Assembly: GCA_963822945.1 (NCBI GenBank)
Contig: CAWGJO010000024.1
Location: 1 to 64,000, forward strand
Length of the DNA stretch: 64,000 nucleotides
From: an uncultured Gemmatimonadaceae bacterium
GTDB lineage: Bacteria > Gemmatimonadota > Gemmatimonadetes > Gemmatimonadales > Gemmatimonadaceae
Direction: 5' to 3'
Shown: positions 1 to 9,579 of the stretch, one piece after another
How positions within the stretch are numbered: position 1 is the first letter of the stretch
Layout: each line of letters begins with the position of its first letter
The notes under the pieces: generated by a model
The model's input: the letters and a program-made list of their open reading frames with translations, nothing else
The model's database searches: none
What the model was told of the DNA's origin: nothing
Position numbers and translations under genes: made by a program

Positions 1-1442
1 GGCCGGCGCGGCTCCGGACGCCAAGCCGGAAGAGATCGAAAGCAAACTGGCCAGCGCGGTGCGCCTGCTCTCGCAGGGCGGCAGCGCCGAGAATCCAGTG
101 GGCCATGCGTACGAGATGGGCAAGCTGATGGTGTTGTGGAGCATGCAGCCCAACGTGCCGCTCATCGTCAAGCGGGGCCGCTGCGGATTCACGACGAACA
201 CCGACAGCACGGTCAATCTGGCGGCGGAGGCGGATTCGTCGTTCAAGGTGGTCGAGAAGGCCATGCCGGAGTGCGCGTCCGAGACGATCAGTGGCGTAGC
301 CAGAAGCCGTGGATCTCGCTCGTGAACGGCGCCATCCAGGAGCTGAACGCCGGCGCGGTCGATTCGGCCGAGACCCACGCGAAGTGGTCGCTCTATTTCA
401 ACGACACGGCCCCGTACGGCTACATGGTGCTGGCGCAGGTCGCGCAGCGCCGCCAGCAGACCGATTCCGCGATCGCGTTGTTCCAGAAGACGATCGCGCT
501 CGCGTCGACCGATTCGACCTACAACAACGTGAAGTGGCAGTCGGAGTTGAACCTCGGCCAGCTCGCGTCGAACGCCGCGCAGGCCGCCACGGACTCCGCG
601 ACGAAGCAGCGGTACGACGGCGTGGCGAAGGCCACGTTCGAGGCGCTGGCCAACGACACGACGGCGTCCAACTCCTATCGGGAGTCGGCTCGCTCGTCGA
701 TGGTGCAGGTGAGCCTCGAGATGGGTGATACCGCGACCGCCAAGGCCGCCTACCAGGCGCAGCTGTCCGATCCGTCCAAGTTCACGTTCAACGAATTGAT
801 CCAGGCCGGCGTGGCCGGGCGCATGCCAATGACGAGGAGGCAGCGCGCACGCTCTTCCACTCCGCCTACGCCTCGAATCCGTACCACCGCGACGCGCTGT
901 CGAACCTGGCGATCTACGATATCCGGGCGCAGCAGTACGATTGGCGCTGGTGCTGGTGAACCGCTCAAAGAGGTGGATCCGGACGGCAACAACGCCCGTT
1001 TGGCCACGCTCACGTACGCCGGGCTGGCCAAGAAGTTCGCCGATCTGAACAAGGACATCGTCGCGCGGTACGCGAAGGCCAAGGGGGCGAAGCTGAAGAA
1101 GCACTCACCGATTCGGCCGCGCTCACCACCGACTCGAACCGCGTGTATACGGATCTCGCGGTGAAGGCGAACGCGAGCGCCGACAGCATGCCCGTAGTCG
1201 TCGCGTTCACCGAGTTCAGCAACGCGAGCGACAAAGTCACGCTGGGCGGCACGATTACGAATCACACGGCGACCGCTCAGACGTACACCATGAAGGTGGA
1301 TTTCCTGGACAACAAGGGAGCAGTGGTGACCTCGCAGCAGCAGGTCGTGGGGCCGGTCGCGCCGCAATCGGCGGGACAGTTCTCCATCACCGTAACCGCG
1401 CCGGGGATCACGGCCTTCAAGTACGCGCCACTCGGCAACTGA
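1..1442 (+). CDS. TPR-like helical repeat protein with C-terminal FxLYD-like Ig domain; 5' partial, several apparent frameshifts
   Basis: Protein-like sequence hops frames near 287, 820, 943-962 and 1100 (e.g. ...ETDQWRSQKPW..., ...NPYHRDALSNLA..., ...TDSNRVYTDLAVK). The C-terminus GTITNHT...MKVDFLDNKGAVV resembles FxLYD domains. Stop at 1440-1442. Confidence 0.6.
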
Positions 1443-1469
1443 CGCGTCGACCGGTCTATGAAGAAGGCG

Positions 1470-1503
1470 AAGGGCCCACCATCCGGTGGGCCCTTTGTCG
1501 TTT
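1470..1503 (+). terminator. Probable intrinsic terminator
   Basis: Perfect 11-bp stem AAGGGCCCACC-atcc-GGTGGGCCCTT followed by a T-rich tract, 27 nt after the stop codon. Confidence 0.8.
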
Positions 1504-1536
1504 CTCGGTTGAGGGGGCGGAAGTTCCCATCGTTTC

Positions 1537-1565
1537 TTGATTTCGGCGTGTTTAGCTCCTAAGTT
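1537..1565 (+). promoter_or_regulatory. Putative sigma70 promoter for the DUF512-der operon
   Basis: TTGATT-17 nt-TAAGTT in an AT-richer intergenic patch. Confidence 0.55.
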
Positions 1566-1657
1566 GCATGAGCTTCGGCGCGGGTGCGCCGGCGTGGTCC
1601 GTCGCCCGGGGATATCGGCGTGGTTCCCGCTCGTTTCCCCTCCGTCATGGATTGCCG

Positions 1658-2958
1658 ATGGTCAGAGTTGCCAAAGTCATCGCTGGAAGCATCGCCGAGG
1701 AGCTGGGCATCGCGCCCGGCACCGAGTTGCTGACGGTCAACGGGCGGGAACTGCAGGACTTTCTGGACTGGGAGTTCCTGACTGCCGACGACGAGCTGGT
1801 GGTCGAGGCCCGGCAGCCGGACGGGGAAGACGTGGTGTACGAGATCGAGCGTCCCGACGGCGAGCCGCTGGGCGTCGAACTCCAGCCACCCACCATCCGT
1901 CGCTGCGCCAATCGCTGCGAGTTCTGTTCATCGAAGGGCTCCCGAAAGGGCTGCGGAAGCCGCTGTACGTGCGGGACGACGACTACCGCCTCTCCTTCGC
2001 GTACGGGAATTTCGCGACGCTGTCGAATCTCAAGGATCGGGACTTCGCGCGGATTCTCGAGTACCGGCTGTCGCCGCTCTACGTCTCCGTACATGCGACG
2101 CCGTGGGAGGCCCGCAAGGTGCTGCTGAACAATCCCCGGGTGCCGAACGTGCTGGCGCAGCTGCAGCGGCTCGCCGGCGGGGGCATTCAGTTCCACACGC
2201 AGATGGTGATCGTGCCCGGGCTCAACGACGGCGCAGTGCTCGAGCAATCGCTCGCCGACCTGTGGTCGCTGGGCGACGCGGTCATCTCGGTGGCCGTGGT
2301 GCCGGTGGGGCTGACGCAGTTCTCGCACCTCTATACGGGCCGCTCGATGGACCCCGGGATGGCCGGCGCGCTGCTCGATCATGTGGAGCGGTGGGCGACG
2401 CGGGCGCGCGCCGCGCGCGGCAACCCGTGGGTGTTCGGTTCGGACGAGTTGTACCTTCTCGCCGGCCGCGCCTTTCCCGAGGCCGAGCACTATGGGGATT
2501 TCGTGCAGATCGAGAACGGGGTGGGGGCGGTCACGGCGCTGCGCGGGCGCGTGCAGCAGGGGCTCGACGCGCTGCCGCGGCTGGACGGCCGCCGGATCGG
2601 CGTCGTCACCGGGGTCTCGATGCGCGGGCTGATGCCTGACTTGTTGGCCCGCCTGTCGGAGCGCACGGGCGCGCGCTTCGAACTGCTGGTGATGGAGAAT
2701 TCCCTGTTCGGCCCGACGACGACGACGGCAGGCCTGCTGGTGGGCGCCGACATCCGGCGGGCCCTGCAGGATCGCCACGACCTGGAGCTGGCGCTGATTC
2801 CGGCCGAGACGATCAATGACGACGGCACCTTCCTGGACGACGAGCGGTTCGTCGCGCTCCGTGAGGAGATGCCGATGCCGGTCTACCCGTCGTACGACTT
2901 CATCGACGTCCTGTCGATGGAAGGCCGGGACGACGCGCGCGAGACGCACGCCGCGTGA
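1658..2958 (+). CDS. DUF512-family putative radical-SAM/Fe-S protein with N-terminal PDZ-like domain; 1-nt frameshift near 1927
   Basis: MVRVAKVIAGSIAEELGI (PDZ-like), CANRCEFC motif, then RKPLYVRDDDYRLSFAYGNFATLSN and QIENGVG. Restoring one T at TGT-TTC-ATC joins the two frames into about 433 aa. Confidence 0.85.
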
Positions 2959-4262
2959 GTATCCCGGTCATTGCGCTCGTCGGGCGCCCGAACGTCGGCA
3001 AATCGCACCTGTTCAATCGTCTGGTGGGCACCAACACCGCCATCGTCTCCGAGGAGGCGGGCACGACGCGTGACCGGCACTTCGCGCGCGCCGAGTGGAA
3101 CGGCCGCCAGTTCTGGCTGGTGGACACCGGCGGGCTCAACGACGATCCGCGTCTGCCCATGGATCGCGAGATCAGGCGCCAGGTGGAGGTGGCCATCGGC
3201 GAGGCCGACCTGCTGGCGTTCATGGTCGATGCGCGGGCCGGTCTGCACCCCAACGACGCCCGCGTGGCGGAGTTGCTGCGGGGGAGCGGGAAGCCGTGGG
3301 TCCTGGTGGTGAACAAGGTCGACGATCCGCGCGACACGGACTTTTACGAGTTCTACGAATTGGGCGCCGGCGACCCGGTGCCGGTGTCGGCGCTGAACGG
3401 CAAGGGATCGGGCGATCTGCTGGACGTGCTGGTCGACCGATTGCCGCCGGGGGCAGAGGAGGAACCGGAAGCGCTCCGCGTGGCGATCGTGGGCCGCCCG
3501 AACGTCGGCAAGTCGTCGCTCGTGAACCGGCTGCTCGGCGAGGAGCGGCTGGTGGTGGCCGACGAATCGGGCACCACGCGCGACGCCATCGACACGCCGA
3601 TGACGTATCACGGGCGGCTGTTCGTGTTCGTGGACACCGCGGGGCTGCGGCGCCAGACGAAGATCGACGACGGCATCGAGTTCTATTCCTCGCTGCGGGC
3701 GCGGCGCGCCATCGAGCAGTCCGACATCTGCGTCCTCGTCATCGACGCCGCGGAAGGGCTGCACAATCAGGATCTCAAGATCGCGACGCTGGCCTGGGAG
3801 GCCGGGCGCGGGCTCATCGTGGTCGTCAACAAGTGGGACCTGGCGGAGAAGGACGACAAGGCGACGGCGCGATTCGAGAAGAGCTGCCGCGAGAAGGCGC
3901 CGTACCTGAGGTTCGTCCCGTTCCTGTTCACGTCGGCCCTCACCGGTCAGCGCGTGCAGCGGCTGCTGGAGCTGCTGCTGACGGTGGAGGCGGAGCGCGT
4001 CAAGCGCATCGGGACGTCGCAGGTGAACGCCGGGCTGCAGGAGCTGTTGGCGCGGTTGCAGCCGCCGCAGGCGGCGGGCGTCGAAGTGAAGCTCAACTAT
4101 GCCACGCAGGTGGAGGTGGCGCCGCCGACGATCGCCGTGTTCGGCAATCATCCTGATCTCGTCGAGGAACATTACGTGCGGTACCTGCACAATGGCTTCC
4201 GCGAGCGGTGGGGGTTTACCGGCAACCCGCTGCGCATCGTGCTGCGGCGCAAGGCGGGCTGA
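2955..4262 (+). CDS. der: Ribosome biogenesis GTPase Der (EngA)
   Basis: Two tandem G domains (GRPNVGKS twice, DTGG/DTAG, NKVD/NKWD) plus KH-like C-terminus (GFTGNPLRI). Confidence 0.97.
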   Translation: MSIPVIALVGRPNVGKSHLFNRLVGTNTAIVSEEAGTTRDRHFARAEWNGRQFWLVDTGGLNDDPRLPMDREIRRQVEVAIGEADLLAFMVDARAGLHPNDARVAELLRGSGKPWVLVVNKVDDPRDTDFYEFYELGAGDPVPVSALNGKGSGDLLDVLVDRLPPGAEEEPEALRVAIVGRPNVGKSSLVNRLLGEERLVVADESGTTRDAIDTPMTYHGRLFVFVDTAGLRRQTKIDDGIEFYSSLRARRAIEQSDICVLVIDAAEGLHNQDLKIATLAWEAGRGLIVVVNKWDLAEKDDKATARFEKSCREKAPYLRFVPFLFTSALTGQRVQRLLELLLTVEAERVKRIGTSQVNAGLQELLARLQPPQAAGVEVKLNYATQVEVAPPTIAVFGNHPDLVEEHYVRYLHNGFRERWGFTGNPLRIVLRRKAG

Positions 4263-4263
4263 C

Positions 4264-4953
4264 ATGCATCCGCTGCTCGGCGTCCTCGTGGCCTACGCGG
4301 CGGGATCGATTCCGGCAGCGTATCTGGCCGGGCGGGCGGCGGGCGTGGATCTTCGCACACAAGGCTCGGGGAATCTCGGCGCCACGAACGTCGTGCGCGT
4401 GCTCGGGCTGAAAGTGGGGCTGGTGGTGTTCGCCGTCGACATGCTCAAGGGCGCGCTGCCGGTGGCACTGCTGCCTGCCGTGACCACGGGAGCGATCGCG
4501 CCGACGTGGCTGCCGATCCTGTATGGCGCGGCGGCCATCGTCGGGCACGTGCGTCCGGTGTGGCTCCGCTTCGGGAAGGGCGGCAAGGGGGTGGCCACGG
4601 CGTGCGGGGTCTTCCTTGCGCTCACGCCCATTCCCACGCTGTTCGCCCTTGCCGTGTTCGTGGCGACGTTCGGCGTCACCGGCTACGTGTCGCTCGGGTC
4701 GCTGGCCGCCGCCGGCGCGCTGCCGGTGTTCGTGGCGGCGGCCGAAGGCGGGGCGACGCCGATGCTCGCGGTCAGCGTCCTGATCGCGTTCTTCGTGTTC
4801 TGGACCCACCGTCCGAACATGGGACGGCTGCGGCGGGGGGAAGAGCACCGGTTCTCCAGGATGGGATCACTTGGCGTCACGGTGGGACTCGTGCTGGCCG
4901 TCGTCGTGACGGTCGTGCTCGCCGCGTGGCTCTACTGGGGAGCGGTCCAGTAG
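4264..4953 (+). CDS. plsY: Glycerol-3-phosphate 1-O-acyltransferase PlsY
   Basis: GSIP, GSGNLGATN, DMLKG, GH...GGKGVAT and HRPN motifs; located between der and gpsA. Confidence 0.95.
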   Translation: MHPLLGVLVAYAAGSIPAAYLAGRAAGVDLRTQGSGNLGATNVVRVLGLKVGLVVFAVDMLKGALPVALLPAVTTGAIAPTWLPILYGAAAIVGHVRPVWLRFGKGGKGVATACGVFLALTPIPTLFALAVFVATFGVTGYVSLGSLAAAGALPVFVAAAEGGATPMLAVSVLIAFFVFWTHRPNMGRLRRGEEHRFSRMGSLGVTVGLVLAVVVTVVLAAWLYWGAVQ

Positions 4954-5948
4954 TGCGGGCCACGGTCGTCGGCGCCGGCGCGTGGGGCACCGCGCTCGCG
5001 CAACTGCTCGCGCGCAAACAGCACCCGGTGCGGCTGTGGGCGCTGGAGCCGCACGTGGTGGAGGCGGTGAACGCCCATCACGAGAACCGGGCGTTCCTGC
5101 CCGGCGTGGCGTTGCCGGCGGGGATTCGGGCCACGCACGACCATGGCGAGGCCCTCGAGGGCGCGGAGATGGTGGTGTACGCCACGCCGGCGCAGCACCT
5201 GCGGGAGATCGCGACGGCCGGGGCCGGTCACGTGGCGCCGGGCGCCACGGTGGTCGTCGCGTCCAAGGGGATCGAGCGGGGAACGCTCGCCCTGATGTCG
5301 GACGTGATCGAGCACGAATTGCCCGGCCGCGAGGTGGTGGCGATTTCGGGCCCCAGCTTCGCCGCCGAGGTCGCGGCCGGACTGCCCACGGCGATCGTGG
5401 CCGCGGCGCGCAGCGCCGAGGCGGCGTCGCGCGTGCAGAGCGCGTTGAGCGGCGCCCGGTTTCGCGTGTACACGCACGACGACATCGTGGGGGTCGAATT
5501 GGGCGGCGCCCTGAAGAACGTGATGGCGGTGGCCACCGGCATCCACGACGGCGTGGGGTTGGGACACAACTCGCGGGCGGCGCTGATCACGCGCGGCCTG
5601 GCCGAGATGACGCGCCTGGGTGTGGCGCTGGGCGCCAACCCCGCGACGTTCGCCGGGCTGGCGGGCCTGGGCGACCTGGTGCTCACGTGCACCGGCGGAC
5701 TCAGCCGCAACCGTACGCTTGGTGTGGAGATCGGTCAGGGGCATACGCTGGCCGAGGTGCTCGAGGGAAAGCAGACGGTGGCCGAAGGCGTCGATACGAC
5801 CGTCAGCACCGTGGCGCTCGCCAAGCGAGAAGGCGTGGAGATGCCGATCGCGGCGATGGTGTCTCGCATTCTGTTCGAAGGACAGACGGCCCTCGCGGCC
5901 GTCCAGGAACTCATGGCGCGCGACCTGCGCGCGGAGCAAGATCGATGA
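4953..5948 (+). CDS. gpsA: NAD(P)H-dependent glycerol-3-phosphate dehydrogenase
   Basis: GAGAWGTALA, SKGIE, SGPSFA, GGALKNV, GLGDLVLTC and SRNR motifs; GTG start overlaps the plsY stop. Confidence 0.96.
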   Translation: MRATVVGAGAWGTALAQLLARKQHPVRLWALEPHVVEAVNAHHENRAFLPGVALPAGIRATHDHGEALEGAEMVVYATPAQHLREIATAGAGHVAPGATVVVASKGIERGTLALMSDVIEHELPGREVVAISGPSFAAEVAAGLPTAIVAAARSAEAASRVQSALSGARFRVYTHDDIVGVELGGALKNVMAVATGIHDGVGLGHNSRAALITRGLAEMTRLGVALGANPATFAGLAGLGDLVLTCTGGLSRNRTLGVEIGQGHTLAEVLEGKQTVAEGVDTTVSTVALAKREGVEMPIAAMVSRILFEGQTALAAVQELMARDLRAEQDR

Positions 5949-6307
5949 ATGCGCCGGATCCCGTTCAGGAATTCTTCTCCATCGGCGAGGTGTGCGAACT
6001 CACCGACCTCAAACCGCACGTGCTCCGGTATTGGGAGAGCCAGTTCCGGTTCCTGAACCCGGCCAAGAACCGGTCGGGCAACCGCGTGTACCAGCGGCGC
6101 GAGATCGAGCTGGTGCTGTTGGTGAAGCACCTGCTGTACGTCGAGAAGTACACCATCGACGGCGCCCGCCAGAAGGTGGAGGAACGCCGCAAGACGGGTG
6201 AGTTGCGCGACATCACCTTCGGGGCGCTGCACGTGGAGGTGCTGCAGGCGCTGGAAGAATCGTTGCGCGACCTGCACGACCTGCTGCACGACGAGGCGGA
6301 CGGGTGA
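5945..6307 (+). CDS. Small MerR-family HTH regulator
   Basis: FFSIGEVCELTDLKPHVLRYWESQF...GNRVY...LLYVEKYTIDGA; 120 aa. Confidence 0.92.
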   Translation: MNAPDPVQEFFSIGEVCELTDLKPHVLRYWESQFRFLNPAKNRSGNRVYQRREIELVLLVKHLLYVEKYTIDGARQKVEERRKTGELRDITFGALHVEVLQALEESLRDLHDLLHDEADG

Positions 6308-7077
6308 TGCGTCTGCTGCTGACCAACGACGACGGCATTCTGGCTCACGGGCTGGAATGCCTGCAGGAGGCGGCAGCGCCGCTGGGCGATGTGACCGTCG
6401 TCGCGCCGGATCGCGAGCAGAGCGCCACCAGCCATTCGCTCACGCTGCATCATCCCCTGCGGCCGGTGCGCGTGGGCGAACGCCGGTTTCAGGTGGACGG
6501 CACGCCGACCGACTGCGTGATGCTGGCCGTCGAGGCGCTGATGCCCGATCGCCCGGACTTCGTGATCAGCGGGATCAATCACGGGCACAACATGGGCGAG
6601 GACGTGCTCTACTCCGGCACGGTGGCGGCCGCGATGGAGGGGCTGTCGCTGGGCATCCGTTCGATCGCCGTATCGTTCGCCGGCGGCGACCTCCGGGCCG
6701 ACCTGTCGCACCTGCGGGCGCAGGTGCCGGTGCTGACGCCGCTGCTGGCGCATCTGACGTCGCTGCGACACTTTCCCGCGCACACGCTGTTCAACGTGAA
6801 TCTGCCGCCGGTGGCGCCGTCCGGCATCAAGGGCGTGCGGCTCACGCGGCTCGGACGCCGCGCCTATTCTGGTTCACTCAAACCGATGCACGATCCGTGG
6901 GGACGGCCGATCTACTGGATCGGCGGCGGGTCGATCAGCTGGAGCGGGGAAGACGATTCCGACTTCCGCGCCATCGACGACGGCTACATCTCCGTGACGC
7001 CGCTGCATCTGGACGTCACCAACTACGACATCCTCCGAACGGCGAGTGAATGGTGGCGCGATCTTCCCCTGGGGTAG
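6307..7077 (+). CDS. surE: 5'/3'-nucleotidase SurE
   Basis: LLTNDDG, GTPTDCV, SGINHGHN, YSGTVAAA and SVTPL motifs. Confidence 0.96.
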   Translation: MRLLLTNDDGILAHGLECLQEAAAPLGDVTVVAPDREQSATSHSLTLHHPLRPVRVGERRFQVDGTPTDCVMLAVEALMPDRPDFVISGINHGHNMGEDVLYSGTVAAAMEGLSLGIRSIAVSFAGGDLRADLSHLRAQVPVLTPLLAHLTSLRHFPAHTLFNVNLPPVAPSGIKGVRLTRLGRRAYSGSLKPMHDPWGRPIYWIGGGSISWSGEDDSDFRAIDDGYISVTPLHLDVTNYDILRTASEWWRDLPLG

Positions 7078-7712
7078 CGATGCGTGGGCCGCGACAGCGG
7101 CTGATCGAGATGCTCCGCGAGAAGGGCGTCTCGGATCTCGCCGTGTTGCGGGCGTTCGAGCTGACGCCGCGCCACGAGTTCGTGCCCACGGGCATCCGCC
7201 ACCGGGCGTACGAGGATGCGGCGCTCCCGATCGGCAATGGCCAGACCATCTCACAGCCGACGGTGCACGGCCGGTCGCTGCAACTGCTCAAGCTCACGGG
7301 GCGCGAGCGCGTGCTCGAAATCGGCACGGGATCCGGGTACCAGACGGTGCTGCTGTCGCACCTGGTCGACCAGGTCTTCTCCATCGAGCGCGTGGCGCCC
7401 CTCATGGAGTCGGCGCAGCAGCACATCCGGTCGCTCGGGGTGAACAACGTGTCGCTGCTCGTCGGCGACGGGACCGTCGGGTGGCGCGAGTACGCGCCGT
7501 ACGACGCGATTCTCGTGAGCGCGGCGTCGCCCGACGTGCCGACGCCGCTGCTCGGCCAGTTGGCCGACGGCGGACGGATGCTCGTGCCGGTGGGCGGCCG
7601 CCACGAGCAGACGCTCGTGCTCGTGACGCGGCGCGGCGACGGGTTCGAGCGGGAGGAACTGGACGCGGTGCGCTTCGTGCCGCTGCTGGGACGCCACGGA
7701 TGGACCCCCTAA
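7050..7712 (+). CDS. pcm: Protein-L-isoaspartate O-methyltransferase (alternative start 7080)
   Basis: AYEDAALPIGNGQTISQP, VLEIGTGSGYQ, APYDAI and RFVPL motifs; follows surE. Confidence 0.95.
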   Translation: MVARSSPGVAMRGPRQRLIEMLREKGVSDLAVLRAFELTPRHEFVPTGIRHRAYEDAALPIGNGQTISQPTVHGRSLQLLKLTGRERVLEIGTGSGYQTVLLSHLVDQVFSIERVAPLMESAQQHIRSLGVNNVSLLVGDGTVGWREYAPYDAILVSAASPDVPTPLLGQLADGGRMLVPVGGRHEQTLVLVTRRGDGFEREELDAVRFVPLLGRHGWTP

Positions 7713-8002
7713 CGACGCCCGGCGATCCGGTGGAATACCGGATCACGGTCATCGGGCGGGTACAGGGCGTGGGCTACCGCTGGTTCGCGCGCGAGACGGC
7801 GCGGGCGCTCGGCGTCGTCGGCTGGACGCGCAACATGCCCGACGGCTCGGTGGTGCTCGAAGTCCTGGCCCCCCGTGCGGCGATCGCGCGCTTCGTCGCC
7901 GAGCTGCAGGCCGGGCCGCCGTCGGCCGACGTGGCCGACGTCCGGCTCTCCGAACGCGAGGACCCGGCGCCGCTCCCCGATCGATTCGTCATCATGCGCT
8001 GA
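7700..8002 (+). CDS. acyP: Acylphosphatase
   Basis: GRVQGVGYR and [11 protein letters not shown] signatures. Confidence 0.92.
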   Translation: MDPLTTPGDPVEYRITVIGRVQGVGYRWFARETARALGVVGWTRNMPDGSVVLEVLAPRAAIARFVAELQAGPPSADVADVRLSEREDPAPLPDRFVIMR

Positions 8003-8030
8003 CCCGCGCCACCTTCACCGAGTGCCGCCC

Positions 8031-8555
8031 GTGTCCCTTGCCCACGACGTAGCCCGCGCCATCCGCGACGTTCCCGACTTTCCCAAGCCGGGCATCCTGT
8101 TCAAGGACATCACGCCGGTGCTGCTCGATCCGGCGTTGTTCAAGCGCGTGACCGATGCGCTGGCCGATGCGTACGCCGCCGACCGGATCACCCGCGTGGT
8201 GGCCATCGAGAGCCGCGGGTTCATTCTCGGCGCGCCGGTGGCGCTGCGATTGGGCGCCGGCCTCGTGCCGATGCGCAAACCCGGAAAGCTGCCCGCGGAA
8301 CGGGCGCGCGAGGATTATGCCCTCGAATACGGCACCGATGCACTGGAGATGCACGCCGACGCCATGGGCCGCGATGCCCGCGTGCTGGTGGTGGACGACG
8401 TGCTGGCGACCGGCGGAACCGCGGCTGCCGCGTGCCGCCTGGTGGAACGCGTGGGCGGGACCGTGGTCGGGCTCAGCTTCCTGATGGAACTGGGCTTCCT
8501 GGGGGGCGCCGACGCGCTGCGGGGCAGGCGAGTGGAGAAGATCCTCACGGTGTGA
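8031..8555 (+). CDS. apt: Adenine phosphoribosyltransferase
   Basis: [27 protein letters not shown] and [10 protein letters not shown] motifs. Confidence 0.96.
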   Translation: MSLAHDVARAIRDVPDFPKPGILFKDITPVLLDPALFKRVTDALADAYAADRITRVVAIESRGFILGAPVALRLGAGLVPMRKPGKLPAERAREDYALEYGTDALEMHADAMGRDARVLVVDDVLATGGTAAAACRLVERVGGTVVGLSFLMELGFLGGADALRGRRVEKILTV

Positions 8556-8588
8556 GCGGCGGTCGCCGCGGCGCCGCGGCGGGTCCTC

Positions 8589-9509
8589 TCACCGGTGATC
8601 GCGGGCGCCCAGCGCCTGGAGGAGACGGCGATCCAGACCGGCGAGGGTGCGCCCCGGCCGGTGGATGCTGCTGAACGCGCGACGGATGTCGATACCGTCG
8701 ATCGGGACGTGGACGACGCGCTTGGCCTCGACGAAGGGGCGCGCCACGAGCGCCGACACGATGGCGACCCCGGCGCCGGCCGCAACCGAGGCGACGATGG
8801 CGCGCGAGTGCGCGATGCGAATGCGCGGACGCAGGCGGACCCCCTGCGCCGCGAGCACGGCCTCGTAGATGGCACCCGTGCCGGAGCCGGCCTCACGAGC
8901 CAGAAATTCGGCCTGCTCGAGTTCAGGGGGCGCCACGTGCCGGCGGCGTGCCCATGGGTGGCGGACCGGCACCACGAGGATCATCTCGTCCTCGAGGAAG
9001 GTGCGCGCCACCAGCGTGGTGGTATCCACGGGCCCTTCCACCAGACCCCAGGCGAGTTCGCCCGCCTCGACGAGTCGCGAAACGTGGGCCGTGTTGCCCA
9101 CCTGGACCTCCAACTCCACGTCGGGATGGTCGCGCTGGAAGCGGGCGACGGCCGCCGGGAGTACGTAGCCGGCAATCGTCGTGCTGGCGGCGAGGCGAAC
9201 GAACCCTCGCGACTCGGTGCCGAGGCCGGTCCAGAGCTGATCGGCCTCCTGCGCCAGAGCGAGGGCGCGTTCGGCGGCGGGGAGCAGCGCTTCGCCGGTT
9301 GGTGTGAGCCGCACGCCGCGGCCGAGGCGTTCGAAGACCGGCTCGGCAACGCGCGCTTCGAGCCGTCGGACGCGGGCCGAGATGGAGGGTTGGCTGACGC
9401 CCAGTACCTTGGCGGCGCGGGTGAACGAGCGCTCGCGGGCAATGACGGCGAGGACGACGAGGAGATCGAGGTCGGCAGCGGGCGCGACTGGGACGTTGGG
9501 ACGAGGCAT
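8589..9509 (-). CDS. LysR-family regulator, CysL/YeiE-like (alternative start 9515)
   Basis: SFTRAAKVLGVSQPSIS HTH, ASTTIAGY, GLVEG and REAGSGT; divergent from a YeiH-family gene. Confidence 0.93.
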   Translation of the reverse strand: MPRPNVPVAPAADLDLLVVLAVIARERSFTRAAKVLGVSQPSISARVRRLEARVAEPVFERLGRGVRLTPTGEALLPAAERALALAQEADQLWTGLGTESRGFVRLAASTTIAGYVLPAAVARFQRDHPDVELEVQVGNTAHVSRLVEAGELAWGLVEGPVDTTTLVARTFLEDEMILVVPVRHPWARRRHVAPPELEQAEFLAREAGSGTGAIYEAVLAAQGVRLRPRIRIAHSRAIVASVAAGAGVAIVSALVARPFVEAKRVVHVPIDGIDIRRAFSSIHRPGRTLAGLDRRLLQALGARDHR

Positions 9510-9523
9510 AACCATAGGTTATG
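9507..9523. promoter_or_regulatory. Probable LysR operator (T-N11-A)
   Basis: Perfect inverted repeat CATAACC-ATA-GGTTATG overlapping the LysR start codon, upstream of the divergent yeiH-like gene. Confidence 0.75.
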
Positions 9524-9579
9524 AAACACATGGCCAGCGCGCAATGGCACGGGGGCAGGTTCATCCCGAATGTTCGGCC

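Noticed and set aside
8564..8581. Perfect 18-bp palindrome CGCCGCGGCGCCGCGGCG between convergent apt and LysR genes
   Set aside because: All-GC, low complexity, no U tract and no other copies noticed; at most a weak terminator.
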